DNA of 64,000 bases. Source: Eledone cirrhosa. Its lineage: Eukaryota. Where the stretch lies: NCBI GenBank assembly GCA_964016885.1, contig OZ024752.1, positions 19,902,001 through 19,966,000 on the forward strand. The letters are read 5' to 3'. A program made the translations under genes and the position numbers. Position 1 is the stretch's first letter. The number at the start of each line of letters is the position of its first letter. Shown here piece after piece: positions 29,515 to 41,834 of the stretch. The notes beneath the pieces are model-generated. The model was not told where the DNA came from. It searched no databases and saw only the letters and a program-made list of their open reading frames with translations.

Positions 29515-29593
29515 TGTACATACTACTGTACGTCTGTATACATATATGTATGTACGTGTACATACTTATATATATATAAATACATATATATAC

Positions 29594-29626
<33 letters not shown>

Positions 29627-29693
29627 CATATATATATACATATATATATATACACATATATATATACATATATATATATACATATATATATAC

Positions 29694-29788
<95 letters not shown>

Positions 29789-29880
29789 TATATACATATA
29801 TATATATATACACATATATATATATACATATATATATATATACATATATATATACATATATATATATATACATATATATA
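29515..29880. repeat. Fragment of the 422-bp unit (29515-29572) followed by (TA)n
   Basis: catactactgtacgtctgtatacatatatgtatgtacgtgtacatacttata matches ~12050-12100. Confidence 0.8.
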
Positions 29881-30208
29881 TATCATAAAACATGCCTATA
29901 GAATCACCAGATAAAATATATACCGTTTCCTCTCCCAATTAGCATAATTAACCATATAAAAAATCAATTAGACCAAGCTATAAGAATAAAGGCTCTAATG
30001 AAGAAATCTCAGACAAATAACCGAAAGCAGCCCTTCGCGGCAGTTACGACGGGGTATTTATCGAGTATTTCGACAGAGATTTCTTCATTAGAGCCTTTAT
30101 TCTTATAGCTTGGTCTAATTGATTTTTTATATGGTTAATTATGCTAATTGGGAGACGAAACGGTATATATTTTATCTGGTGATTCGATAGACATGTTTTA
30201 TGATATAT
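29879..30208. repeat. Fold-back element, ~130-bp inverted arms, ~65-bp spacer
   Basis: 29879-30010 is the reverse complement of 30076-30208 with a few mismatches; TA-flanked. Confidence 0.9.
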
Positions 30209-30289
30209 AGCTCTGATTATTTAATTTATTAATTCTTCATTGAGCCACAAAGTGACCCGTTGCAAAACACATATATACCTATGACTCTA

Positions 30290-31039
<750 letters not shown>

Positions 31040-31040
<1 letters not shown>

Positions 31041-31441
31041 TAATTTCAAATAACCAGAATATATCTATATATATATATATACTCATATTTATATATATAC
31101 TCTTCTCACTCACACACAAGAAAAACAAAAATAATATATATATATTGAAATACTTAACTAAAACACACACACTCAAAACTAGAATGGCTAACCAGCAAAA
31201 ATCCAAACAGAACTGGTCTGATAATGAAATCGACATTCTAATAAACACATGGCATTGCCTTACCCAAACAGAAGACATAGATGCTTCATGTCTGAACGAC
31301 ATTGCTAAACGTACAGTTCACCTTCTGAAAACCCGATCTGAACAACAGATTCAAAATAAATTAAAGCAAATCGAAGTTGCTTTTAAATTAATCAATAAAC
31401 ATTTGGATAAACTACGGTGTGTTTTTTCTTCGGATGCTGTC

Positions 31442-31472
<31 letters not shown>

Positions 31473-31504
31473 GGCAACAACAACAACAGCTACAACAACA
31501 ACAG

Positions 31505-31539
<35 letters not shown>

Positions 31540-31681
31540 GTGTGAACCACTCCTTGATTCATCAACAATGGCCGATCTACTAAATGAAACCTCCCAGTAG
31601 CCTCTGTCTCACAGCAGGAAACGCCACTTCCTTTCTCTGCTCCAGCAGTCCAATCATCACCACTGCCAACATCTTCTCTGC

Positions 31682-31712
<31 letters not shown>

Positions 31713-33265
31713 ATCTTTGCCTACTGCTATCTCAAGGAATTTACCTTCTAATACCAGTACAAGAACTCTCCCTCCCACAGCCCACAAAGGTCGTCAAATC
31801 CTACTCAATCACGTGAATTACCGTCCAATCTCACTCACCTCTCATATCATTAAGGAATGTGAGAGAGTGGTGAGATCGCGAATGACTCACTTCCTTGAGA
31901 GTAACAATATGCTGAACTCCAACCAGCATGGATTCCGTAATGGAAGGGATTGCCTGACGCAGCTACTGCATCACTTTGATGACATTTTGAGAGCCTTGGG
32001 AGAGGGTTCCAACACTGATGTTATCTACCATGATTTCAGCAAGGCCTTTGACAGGGTTGATCACAACATTCTACTGAGAAAGCTGTCCAATATTGGTGTC
32101 ACTGGAAAGCTGCTGCAGTGGATCAAGAGCTTCCTGTCAAACAGAACCCAACATGTTGTAGTCGAAGGAGTCAAATCCAGCCCAGCCAAATTCAGTAGCG
32201 GGGTCCCACAAGGCACTGTGTTGGGCCCACTTCTCTTCATCATCTATATTAATGACATCACTGGCATCATCAAACACAGCAACATTAGAATTTTCGCGAT
32301 TCCAAGCTCCAAAAGGTCATCGATGGCGTGGATGACCGGATAAGCCTTCAGTCAGACCTACTGGCTGTTACCCAATGGGCGGAAAAGAACAACATGTTAC
32401 TGAACGAAGACAAATTCGAACTGATCCACTTTGGAAAAGAGGATGCTCTGAAACTCCCGTACTCCCTTCCCTCCGGTGAAACTCTCGTGGCATCTAACAA
32501 CATCAGAGACTTGGGAGTAACCGTGGACAGCAACATAAGCTGGGCCACGCATATAAGCAGCAAAGTTGACATGGCCCGCAGAATGTGTTCCTGGATCCTC
32601 AGAACCTTCCAGACGAGAGATTCCCACACCATTATCCTTCTCTTCTCTACTTTTGCCCGACCACACCTTGAATACTGTTGTCCACTGTGGTCTCCCCACA
32701 CGAAACAAAGTATCATGAAACTTGAAGCTCCCCAAAGGGCAATCACGAAAAAGATAGATGGCATGTCAGACCTTGACTACTGGGGTCGACTAGAAAAGCT
32801 GAAACTTTACTCACTCCAACGTCGCCGTGAGCGTTATATTATCTGCATGATGTGGAAAATGTTTCATCATCACTGCCCAAATGATGTTGGCATCACCTTC
32901 AAATTACACCCAAGGCTTGGGCCCCGTGCTATCCGTCCCAAACAAAAATCTAAATCGCAACTCATAACAACAATACGGCACAATTATTTCACCTCAATTC
33001 GCCCTGCTCTCTTCAACATCACACCAGGACACGTCAAAACAGAAACTGACCACACAAAATTCAAGAAGTCTTTGGACAAATTCCTCCAAGTAATCCCGAA
33101 CAAACCACCCACACCCGGATATGTCTCCGCAAACAGTAATTCTCTTCTCGAATGGGCCATGGTGCCCAAATCCTGAATTGAAAGACTTCGCCAGGTGGTG
33201 CTATTAAGTTAGACATGGCCTGGGCCAATACTGGCCAAAACATTTCAAAGTTATTCAAAGTTATA
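31040..33265 (+). mobile_element. Internally deleted CR1-group LINE: putative ORF1 N-terminus joined to RT and 3' end
   Basis: RT from ~31815 (NYRPISLTS, QHGFR, DFSKAFDRVDH, SGVPQGTVLGPLLF, RDLGV, RPHLEYC, YSLQRRRERY); tail ttcaaagttattcaaagttat; no APE domain. Confidence 0.85.
31184..31600 (+). pseudogene. Myb/SANT-like domain + polyQ, probable ORF1 N-terminus
   Basis: [23 protein letters not shown]...IAKR....[12 protein letters not shown] followed by polyQ; continues after a frameshift into an S/T/P-rich tract and then RT. Confidence 0.55.
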
Positions 33266-33322
33266 CATATATATATATACATATATATATATACATATAT
33301 ATATATACATATATATATATAC

Positions 33323-33353
<31 letters not shown>

Positions 33354-33464
33354 CATATATATACATAAATATATATACATATATATATATACATATATAT
33401 ATATACATATATATATATACATATATATATATACATATATACATATATATATATATATACATAC

Positions 33465-33495
<31 letters not shown>

Positions 33496-33514
33496 CATAC
33501 ATATATATATATAT

Positions 33515-33590
<76 letters not shown>
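33265..33590. repeat. (TA)n-rich microsatellite
   Basis: Direct reading. Confidence 0.95.
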
Positions 33591-33597
<7 letters not shown>

Positions 33598-36500
33598 ATA
33601 CTTGGGGAGGGTCATATTTGTGTAATAATATTGCCAGAATTAATAACAGAACACACTCACTGTTTGGTTGGTTTTCGCTTCTGTGTCTTTTATGTCGGCT
33701 AATTTAATTTATTCGGTCCTCAATGTTTCCATTGACTGACCAACGGTTAAAAATACAGATACAATATAGACACAAACACATATATATAGTCTATCAAAGT
33801 TCTTTCGTTGCACATCTGCAACATCGTCAGTGGTGCTATTATGTTTCCTCCCGTTGCATTGTATGCTTACGCCATCTTTATTTAGTCTGTTTATTTATTT
33901 ATTTGTTTATTTTTTTGTCTTCTCTGCGCATGCGTTTGCGTGTGTGTATAGTGTTTTATTTGATGTGTGTTCTTGTTTGGGTGACTGTGTATTGGTTAAT
34001 GTATTCTATCATTGGTTAATGTATTCTATCTTAGTTTACTAGTGTGTGTTTATATGTGTTTGTTGTTATTGTGCTTGTGTATGTATTTATTTATTTATTT
34101 ATACTTCTCTTAGGTCAGTGTTGTTTGTTTGGGTGTTGTTATTCCATTCGTTTTTTTCTCTTTAGCCTTTGACTTCTAAGTTCTATTTCGCTGGCCTCTC
34201 TGATTTGCCTATCTGCTGGGTCATTTCTATGTTTAGATATTATTCTAACTTCTATGTTGTCTATGTTACCGTTGTGTTGTTGTCTATGTTACCGTTGTGT
34301 TGTTGTCTGGCATGTTCGTATAGTACTGAACCGTTTTTTCGTCCTTTTAGTTCCCCCCAGTGTTGGTCTATCTTTCACCTATGCTACGAGCTGTCTCGCC
34401 TATGTATGTTGTTGTCATGTTTCTGCAAGTACCCTCTGTACATCTTATGCTATAGACTACGTTTCTAGTTTTACAGTTTATCCGGGGGTTTACTCTACAT
34501 ATGATACATTTCCTATTAGTACAGCGGGTTTTCTTAAAAGGGTAGGTTTTGCTGATCAGGAATTTTATGGTGGTTCCTGGCTTTTCTACCACCTTAATCT
34601 TTAAGTGGGTCTTTCTCAGGGCCTTTCTACACTGGTTAGCTAATTTCCCTCCAGGAGTAGCGTCCACAAACATGACACTTTGGTATCTCTGGCTGTCGTA
34701 CCATGAGGTGGCTTTCCCTATCTTATGTCTAGTCCTATCTAAGCTATTCCATGATTTGCTCCTGTATAATGGGCAAATTCCTTTCATGTCCAGTTCTATG
34801 AGGGTCTTATACTTCTGCGTGGCTCCTTCGTATACTCTGATTCTGTCTCTTTGGTTGTAGCCAGAGAACTGCATGCGGTTAATGAAGTGTTGGATGTGTC
34901 TTTCCATTTCTGTTGGGTCGCACATGCGGGACACGTTCTTCATCACCCGTGCCAAGTCTGCGATCAGAATATTAAACTTAGCACTACTGGACATTGCTGA
35001 GTTTTTGAGTATCAGGAGTCTTTTTTGCCATTGAGGTTATGGTGGGGGGGGGGGTCTACCTCTTATGGGTCTACTGGGGCAGAAAAGTCTAAGGTCATGG
35101 CTGTCTAGGTAGTCAGTGTCGTAGGTAAGTCTAAGTAGGAGGCCCAGTTCGTCTGTGTCGACGTCGCAGAACTCCACCTCACTCTCGATGATCATCTCCA
35201 CACATTTTTCCACAGCAAAATCAATGTTAATGGATGGGTACAGTGATACCACATCCATACTGCCTATTATGCAGTTGCATAGGTTCCTATTTTTGTTGCA
35301 CTCACTGATTCTGCTGAGGAGGTCCTCTGTACTGTCATATACATCTGGGGACATCTTGATTATGGGGCGTATAACCATTGAGAGGAAGTAGGAGATCCTG
35401 TAGTTGCTAGCTATATTTGCTCCGCATACAGGTCTTGTTGATGGTCCTGTTGTCGGGTCGTTGACTGTATTGTGGTCTTTGCGGAGCCCATATAAGGGTG
35501 GTATGCCATTGTTGAACGCCTGGAAGTTGTTGGCAGTGCGTCTGCTTGGCTTTAGGATGTCGGTCCACATCATCATGTGAGCGTTGAGGATTTTCTCTCT
35601 CCCATCATGTATTTGCTGTGCAATTTCGCTCGTGTTGGTGATGTGGGGTTGCATAGCCTTGATGTAGTTCGGCATGCTGTCTATTGACATCCTACCAGGC
35701 TTATCCATGGGTAGACATACTACCTCACCATCCCTTGTGCGCTGCTTGAGGCTAACCAAGCCTTCTACAGGTTTCCTCCCAAGTTGTTGGACCTCTGGTC
35801 TGCTCTGTCTCTTAGTATACCGGTCTACTATTTGTCTAATCTTATTTCTAGCTATGGTGAACTGTGCCTCTGTCTCATCATCTATTTGTTGTGGTATGCA
35901 AACTCTTTTATTAAAGGGTAACCTCGTAGGATAGATATTACCGATCTTATATGTTTTGTCAGCTGGATTGAAGAATAGTTTCTCTAAGGGGTTGTCATTA
36001 TATCTATCGTCATAGTTGTGTGTGTTGCTATTATTGTTATTATGGTGGTTGTTGTTGTTCCTATCATCCATTATTATTATTGGTATGATTGTTAGATGTA
36101 TTGTTGCTGTGATTGTTATATGTATTGTTGTTGTTTTCTCCACCGTTATTGTTGTTGTTACTGTTATTTCTACCATTGTGGTTGTTACTTTTATTATGTT
36201 TCTTGTTTTTGTTGTGTCTATCATTAATGTTGCTACATATATTATTTCTATTATTACCACTGTGGTTGTTGTTGTTGTTATTCGTATTATTACCATTATT
36301 ACTATTTCTCACTCTCCGCTATTGTTATTGTTATGACTATTACTATTATAGCTGTTATTTCTATACTCAGAGTTATTGTTTATATTACTACTATCGTTAT
36401 TATTGTTGTTGTTGTCCGTATAGTTGTTGTTGTTGTTGTTTACTTTTGCATTCCAACGTATTTTTGTGAAACACTTTTCCAGCTGCGTTTTGCACTCAAT

Positions 36501-36959
36501 AGGGTTAATCTTTTTGTAGATGGCAAATTTTGGTGGTAGCTGTAGGATTTGTTGTTCTTGTTCACTGATTAAAGTGTTCCCATAAATATTTACTGTGTGG
36601 TCATTGGTAAATTCTTCTGGTAGTTCTACATCAGTCATACGGATATTGTTGATGTTATCTGACTATTTTTGTGAATATTCTATTTTTCTTTCTTCTAGTT
36701 TTTTCTTATTCATCCATTCTAATTTCTTATTGAAATGCCTATTGCATTCGTTTCGGGCGTATTTCGTTTCACGTCGAATGACGCTCATGAAGTCATCCCT
36801 CTCGTTTGGTGTGGTGAGATTTCGGACTTCCTTACCGTTAATGCGTTTCTGTTTGTAAAGTTCGTTAACTTTTGTGTATGTTGTTATTTTCATATTAACT
36901 GTTATTGTGTGTTTTAGTTGTTCAGCTTGTGTTTTGTTCAATAATAAATTATTTACTTG

Positions 36960-36960
<1 letters not shown>
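33588..36960 (-). mobile_element. Penelope-like element (possibly Nematis-type) with long N-terminus; RT core deleted
   Basis: ILQLPPKFAI; PLYGLRKDH; TRPVCGA; GSMDVVSLYPSI; jump at G-run ~35045; FVDATPGG; CTNRKCIIC; NVVYSIRC..C..YIGETARS; pLTR end related to 24626; (TA)n on both sides. Confidence 0.88.
33793..33834 (-). ncRNA. Minimal type I hammerhead ribozyme motif
   Basis: Minus strand: acca CTGACGA t-gttgca-gatg-tgcaac GAAA gaac TT tgat. Confidence 0.78.
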
Positions 36961-37005
<45 letters not shown>

Positions 37006-37007
<2 letters not shown>

Positions 37008-37310
37008 TATAAAGAAAACGAAAAATCAGTGATGCATCTGGACTTAGTTTATTTCGTGTTACAAATGTTTCGCCGGCATGTAACCCGTGTCTGAAAGAAC
37101 CCGCAGAAGTAGAATCAGCCAGATCCATACAAGGACCATGACTCGAGTTACATGCCGGCGAAACATTTGTAACACGAAATAAACTAAGTCCAGATGCATC
37201 ACTGATTTTTCGTTTTCTTTATAATATCTACACTCTACTCTGATGAATATCTAGTGCTAATTTTGGCATACCGCCTATGGAAGCACCATAGCTACAACTA
37301 TACACAACTA
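37006..37310 (+). mobile_element. Small fold-back element with a degenerate hammerhead
   Basis: 37006-37091 is the reverse complement of 37140-37225; cgtgt CTGAAAGA ... GAAA catttg TA acacg at 37086-37177; TA-flanked. Confidence 0.7.
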
Positions 37311-37387
37311 TATATATATATACATATATATATGTATACAGATATATATATAAATACATATATATACATATATATATATATATACAT

Positions 37388-37606
37388 ATAGTTATGTAAT
37401 AAACAACAAGATAATTATTTCATTTACCAGTGGTTTCCAGAAGGATTTTTCATTCTGATGATTGAAAACAAATTTTGTTTGCTTTCAAGAAACCACTGGT
37501 AAATGAAATAATTATCTTATGTTGTTTATTACATAACTATTAAGCTCTGTAACCTACATAGAGCACTCTTTTTTCCTGGACCTTTCCGACGGAATTACTT
37601 CATTCA
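37388..37606 (+). mobile_element. Small fold-back hammerhead element
   Basis: 37388-37437 is the reverse complement of 37490-37540; TA-flanked. Confidence 0.8.
37448..37508 (+). ncRNA. Type I hammerhead ribozyme motif
   Basis: tttcatt CTGATGA ttgaaa-15nt-tttcaa GAAA ccactgg TA aatgaaa; 7-bp stem I; GUA triplet. Confidence 0.88.
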
Positions 37607-37747
37607 TATATACATATATACATATATATACATATAAATTACCTTTTTATGATGTCTATATATACACATATATATATATATATACACATATATACATATA
37701 TATATATATACATATACATACATATTATATATATATATATGTATATT

Positions 37748-37784
<37 letters not shown>

Positions 37785-37785
<1 letters not shown>

Positions 37786-38016
37786 GCTTCACGGCACAGG
37801 CATTGCTTTATATCTGGAGATCTCTCTGCACTTGTCATCACATGGTACCATGGGCCCAGAACTATGTGTCAATAATTGTCACAAGTGTAGTGTTTGTACC
37901 AGAGTTTTCAAGTCGTTGGCTGGACTAAAAAGTCACACTCGTTCAGCGCATCGGTAAGGGTTCTCCTACATGGATATAAAGTAGTGGCCGTACTCGAAAA
38001 CGAGTTGGCAGCCACC
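37785..38016 (+). mobile_element. Short RTE-derived 3' fragment, second copy
   Basis: Same 5' start as 2401; terminus tggccgtactcgaaaacgagttggcagccacc resembles the RTE 3' end at 13121-13157. Confidence 0.75.
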
Positions 38017-38126
38017 ATATATATATATATGTATATATATATGTATATATATATATATATAAATATATATCTATATGTATATATATGTATGTATATATAT
38101 GTGTATATATATGTATATATATAATG

Positions 38127-38158
<32 letters not shown>

Positions 38159-38319
38159 TATACATATATATATATATACATATATATATAAATGTATATA
38201 TATGTATGTATATATATATGTATATATATAATGTATATATATAATGTATATATACATATATATACATATATATATACATATATATATATGTATATATATA
38301 TATTGTATATATGCTTGCA

Positions 38320-38387
<68 letters not shown>

Positions 38388-38394
38388 CCCTCTG

Positions 38395-38520
38395 GCGTTC
38401 TCAGTTCAAATCCCGCTGAGGTCGCTTTGCTTTTCATCCTTACTGTGTTGATAAAATAAAGTACCAGTAATGCATTGGGGAAGATCTCGACTTTCTCTTC
38501 TCCCCCCATTATTTCTAAAG
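38395..38520 (+). mobile_element. tRNA-related SINE copy, after (TG)n
   Basis: agttcaaatcccgctgaggtcgctttgcttttcatcc...gtaccagtaatgcattgggg. Confidence 0.72.
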
Positions 38521-38685
38521 TGTCATAAAATGTATTTGATTGTATTTGTGTGATTATTTTGGAAAACATCATTTTGAGGGGTTTTAAATATTGTTTCTAC
38601 AGATTCTTCGGTTTCTGATGACAGACACGTGTTTCTGTGTAACAACTGGCTTTCAATCCGGAGCCATCCGTCTTTGTGTCTGGTA

Positions 38686-38883
38686 TATTATACTCAAGAC
38701 TAGTTTATCTCTGGCATGTTATATTCAAGGCTGCTGTATCTCTGGTATGTTATACACAAGGCTACTTTATAAATAGTATGCTATATTAAAGACTACTTTA
38801 TAAATGGTGTATTATATTAAAGACTACTTTATATTTGGTATAATATATTCAAGACTAGTTTTTCTCTGGTATGCTATATTCAT
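38686..38883 (+). repeat. Diverged ~31-bp minisatellite, ~6 copies
   Basis: Consensus approximately tatattcaagactactttat(a/c)tctggtatgc. Confidence 0.8.
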
Positions 38884-38895
38884 GTGGAGGTTGTC

Positions 38896-38896
<1 letters not shown>

Positions 38897-38971
<75 letters not shown>

Positions 38972-38995
38972 CAGCAGCAGCAGCAGCAGCAGTAA

Positions 38996-39040
<45 letters not shown>

Positions 39041-39098
39041 CAGCAGCAGTAGTAGTAGCAGCAGTAGTATTAGCAGTAGTAGTAGTAGTTGTAGTAGC

Positions 39099-39130
<32 letters not shown>

Positions 39131-39140
39131 CAGCAACAGC

Positions 39141-39191
<51 letters not shown>

Positions 39192-39277
39192 TGTTGTTGT
39201 TGTTATAACAGCAGCAGTAGCACTAGTAGTAGTAGAAAGAGCAGCAGTAGCCGTAGTAGTAACAGCAGTACCACTAC

Positions 39278-39342
<65 letters not shown>
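38897..39342. repeat. (AGT)n/(AGC)n microsatellite
   Basis: Direct reading. Confidence 0.95.
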
Positions 39343-40059
39343 CGATAATTGGAGTTTAAGTTTAGTGGCATTTCTCTTTAGTATCTAAAGCAACACAGCT
39401 GATATTGACATGGTATATACACAACCCTATAAGATTGTGGCAGAGGACCATTTTTCATTTAAAGGTCACAGTTGAATTTATCAGACATCTAGGATGGATG
39501 GCAGACATTGAACACATACAACTAAATCTACTGTAATGATTAGTTAACATAACTGTTAGCTGTATCTTTATAAGGATATATATAAATATATTGGGAAAAA
39601 AACACGTGATAGTGAAACAGTGACTGCTGCCATCGGTAGCAGTTTACTGCTACACGTCACACCGGTTTGAGGCACAGAACGGAAACCTGTTGATAACGTG
39701 AGTCCACAGTTCGATCATCGAATACCACAAACTTGCATATTGCGCAAGTAGGATTGTTGATTATGGATTCATAGAAACCTATCGGACGTATTGCATAATA
39801 TCGTTCGAGATGGTCCAGGTTTGTTATCTAACCTGATTGGTTTTTTCGTTGCTTTGGTTTCATGTGGCTCGGCTTACCTGCCGCAGTTTTCAATTTGTCA
39901 AGCTGTCTAACGTATGTTATTACTCTAAGGTGACACAACCTTATCGAGTGCTTTGCTGCACAATCCTAATTGTATATCGTTAGCTTGGCCACAGCCAAAG
40001 CTTCGATTTTACTAAACTCCCATTTGTATATATATTATATATCCCACAACTTACAGTGG

Positions 40060-40147
<88 letters not shown>

Positions 40148-40336
40148 AAAGAATAGAGGTGTAACACACAAGTTATTATATATTGGTAAACGGAATAGAA
40201 AATGCTGACAAATTGTTCACAGTTGAAAAATGGTTTAATTAGGAATAAAAGAGTATTAGTGATTGTATGGGTTAGTATTCAGTTGTGGTTTTAAGTTTTT
40301 AAGTTTTTACCGGTTGCGCATTTCTAAATGCTTTTC

Positions 40337-40420
40337 AAAAATAATTTTGAGATAGAGTGTCCGTGCTGTTTGCTCAGATCAGAGCAAACAGCACGGACAC
40401 TCTATCTCAAAATTATTTTT
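40337..40420. repeat. Perfect hairpin, 39-bp arms, 6-nt loop
   Basis: 40337-40375 is the reverse complement of 40382-40420; next to a degenerate hammerhead (minus, ~40305-40340) in a TA-flanked island. Confidence 0.9.
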
Positions 40421-40586
40421 TAATTTATTTAAGGGATTGTTTTATGTTTGTTTGTTCTGCTCATCAATTTTTATAGTTCTGGTATCTCGAATTAGTACCA
40501 TAGAACAACAATATATTATAGACACCCTATATATCTCTATGGATACTTAGTACTCAGTGAGATATTTACCTCATTTTATATATATA

Positions 40587-40651
<65 letters not shown>

Positions 40652-40675
40652 AATTATATATATATATATTTTATA

Positions 40676-40759
<84 letters not shown>

Positions 40760-40813
40760 TTGAGTAAAATGGCAGGAGGCTGGACTGGTGAAATTCCTTA
40801 AAGATTTATTATA

Positions 40814-40873
40814 AACACTATGCACATTTCAATGACCGGGTTCTGTAGGAACCCGGTGACATCATCAGGTGTT
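40814..40873 (-). ncRNA. Type I hammerhead ribozyme motif
   Basis: Minus strand: aacac CTGATGA tgtc-accgggttc-ctaca-gaacccggt-catt GAAA tgtgca TA gtgtt; 3' flank runs into (TA)n. Confidence 0.85.
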
Positions 40874-40999
40874 ACTAAATTTATCTAGTAAAGGAATATA
40901 ATAATGGTAGACCCAATACAAGGGGCTGAAAAGTAGAGAAATGTTTAAGACCTGAAGGCGGCCAGAGCCGGCAGTTGCCAGCCTGTGTGACCGTCTTCA

Positions 41000-41465
41000 A
41001 GTTGGTGGAGGTGGTGGAGGTGATGGTCGTTATGGAGGTGGTGGTGATAGTGGTCGTGGTGGTGGTGGTGGAGGTAGTGATGAAGATGGTGGTGGTGATA
41101 GTGGTGGTGGTGATAGTGGTGGTGGTGTTGGTGGTGGTGTTGTGGAGGGGTGATGGTGATGGTGGTGATGTTTGTGGTTGTGGTGGTGATGATTGTGATG
41201 GTGGTGCTGGTAGTGGTGGTGTGGTGGTGGTGATGGTGGTGGTGTTGTGGTGGTGGTGTCGTGGTGGTGGTAGTGGTGTGGTGGTTCTGTTGGTGGTGGT
41301 GGTGGTGGTGGTGATCGTAGTGGTGGTGGTGTAGTGTTGGTGGTATTGGTGGTGGTAATGAAGGTGGTGGTGGTGGTGGTGGTGGTGGTAGTGGCGGTGT
41401 TGATGATGGTGGTGAAGGTTGTGGTGATGATGGTGTTGGTGGTGGTGGTGGTGGTGGGTATGATG
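41000..41465. repeat. (GGT)n-rich degenerate microsatellite
   Basis: Direct reading. Confidence 0.9.
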
Positions 41466-41834
41466 ATCGATGACTGATGACCGAATAAATCAACAGCAAT
41501 AACGTCAGATGATGTAAAGCTCTAGTATCAACAGTGGAATGTAAAACAAACCTACAATTGCCTTATTTATTTATTCAATCATTTATTTATTTAATTATTC
41601 ATATATTTATTTATTGATATATATTTAATGACACACACACACATATATATAATGTAGTTTACGTCACCGCCATTAGTCATACTCATTTAGTTATTAAACA
41701 ATCACTGTCATCTTTCCTTTGGTACATGTTGTATATTACATGTGTAGTTGCTGTCTTTGTGTTAGTCTTGTTTTCTTTGTTCTTTGTCTATCGATTTCAT
41801 TTATGTAGTCACCATGGCGTCATAGACATCGAGA

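Noticed and set aside
38855-39371. Poly-Ser/Thr/Leu/Val ORFs
   Set aside because: (AGT)n microsatellite
40945-41499. Pro/His-rich ORF
   Set aside because: (GGT)n degenerate microsatellite with no domain
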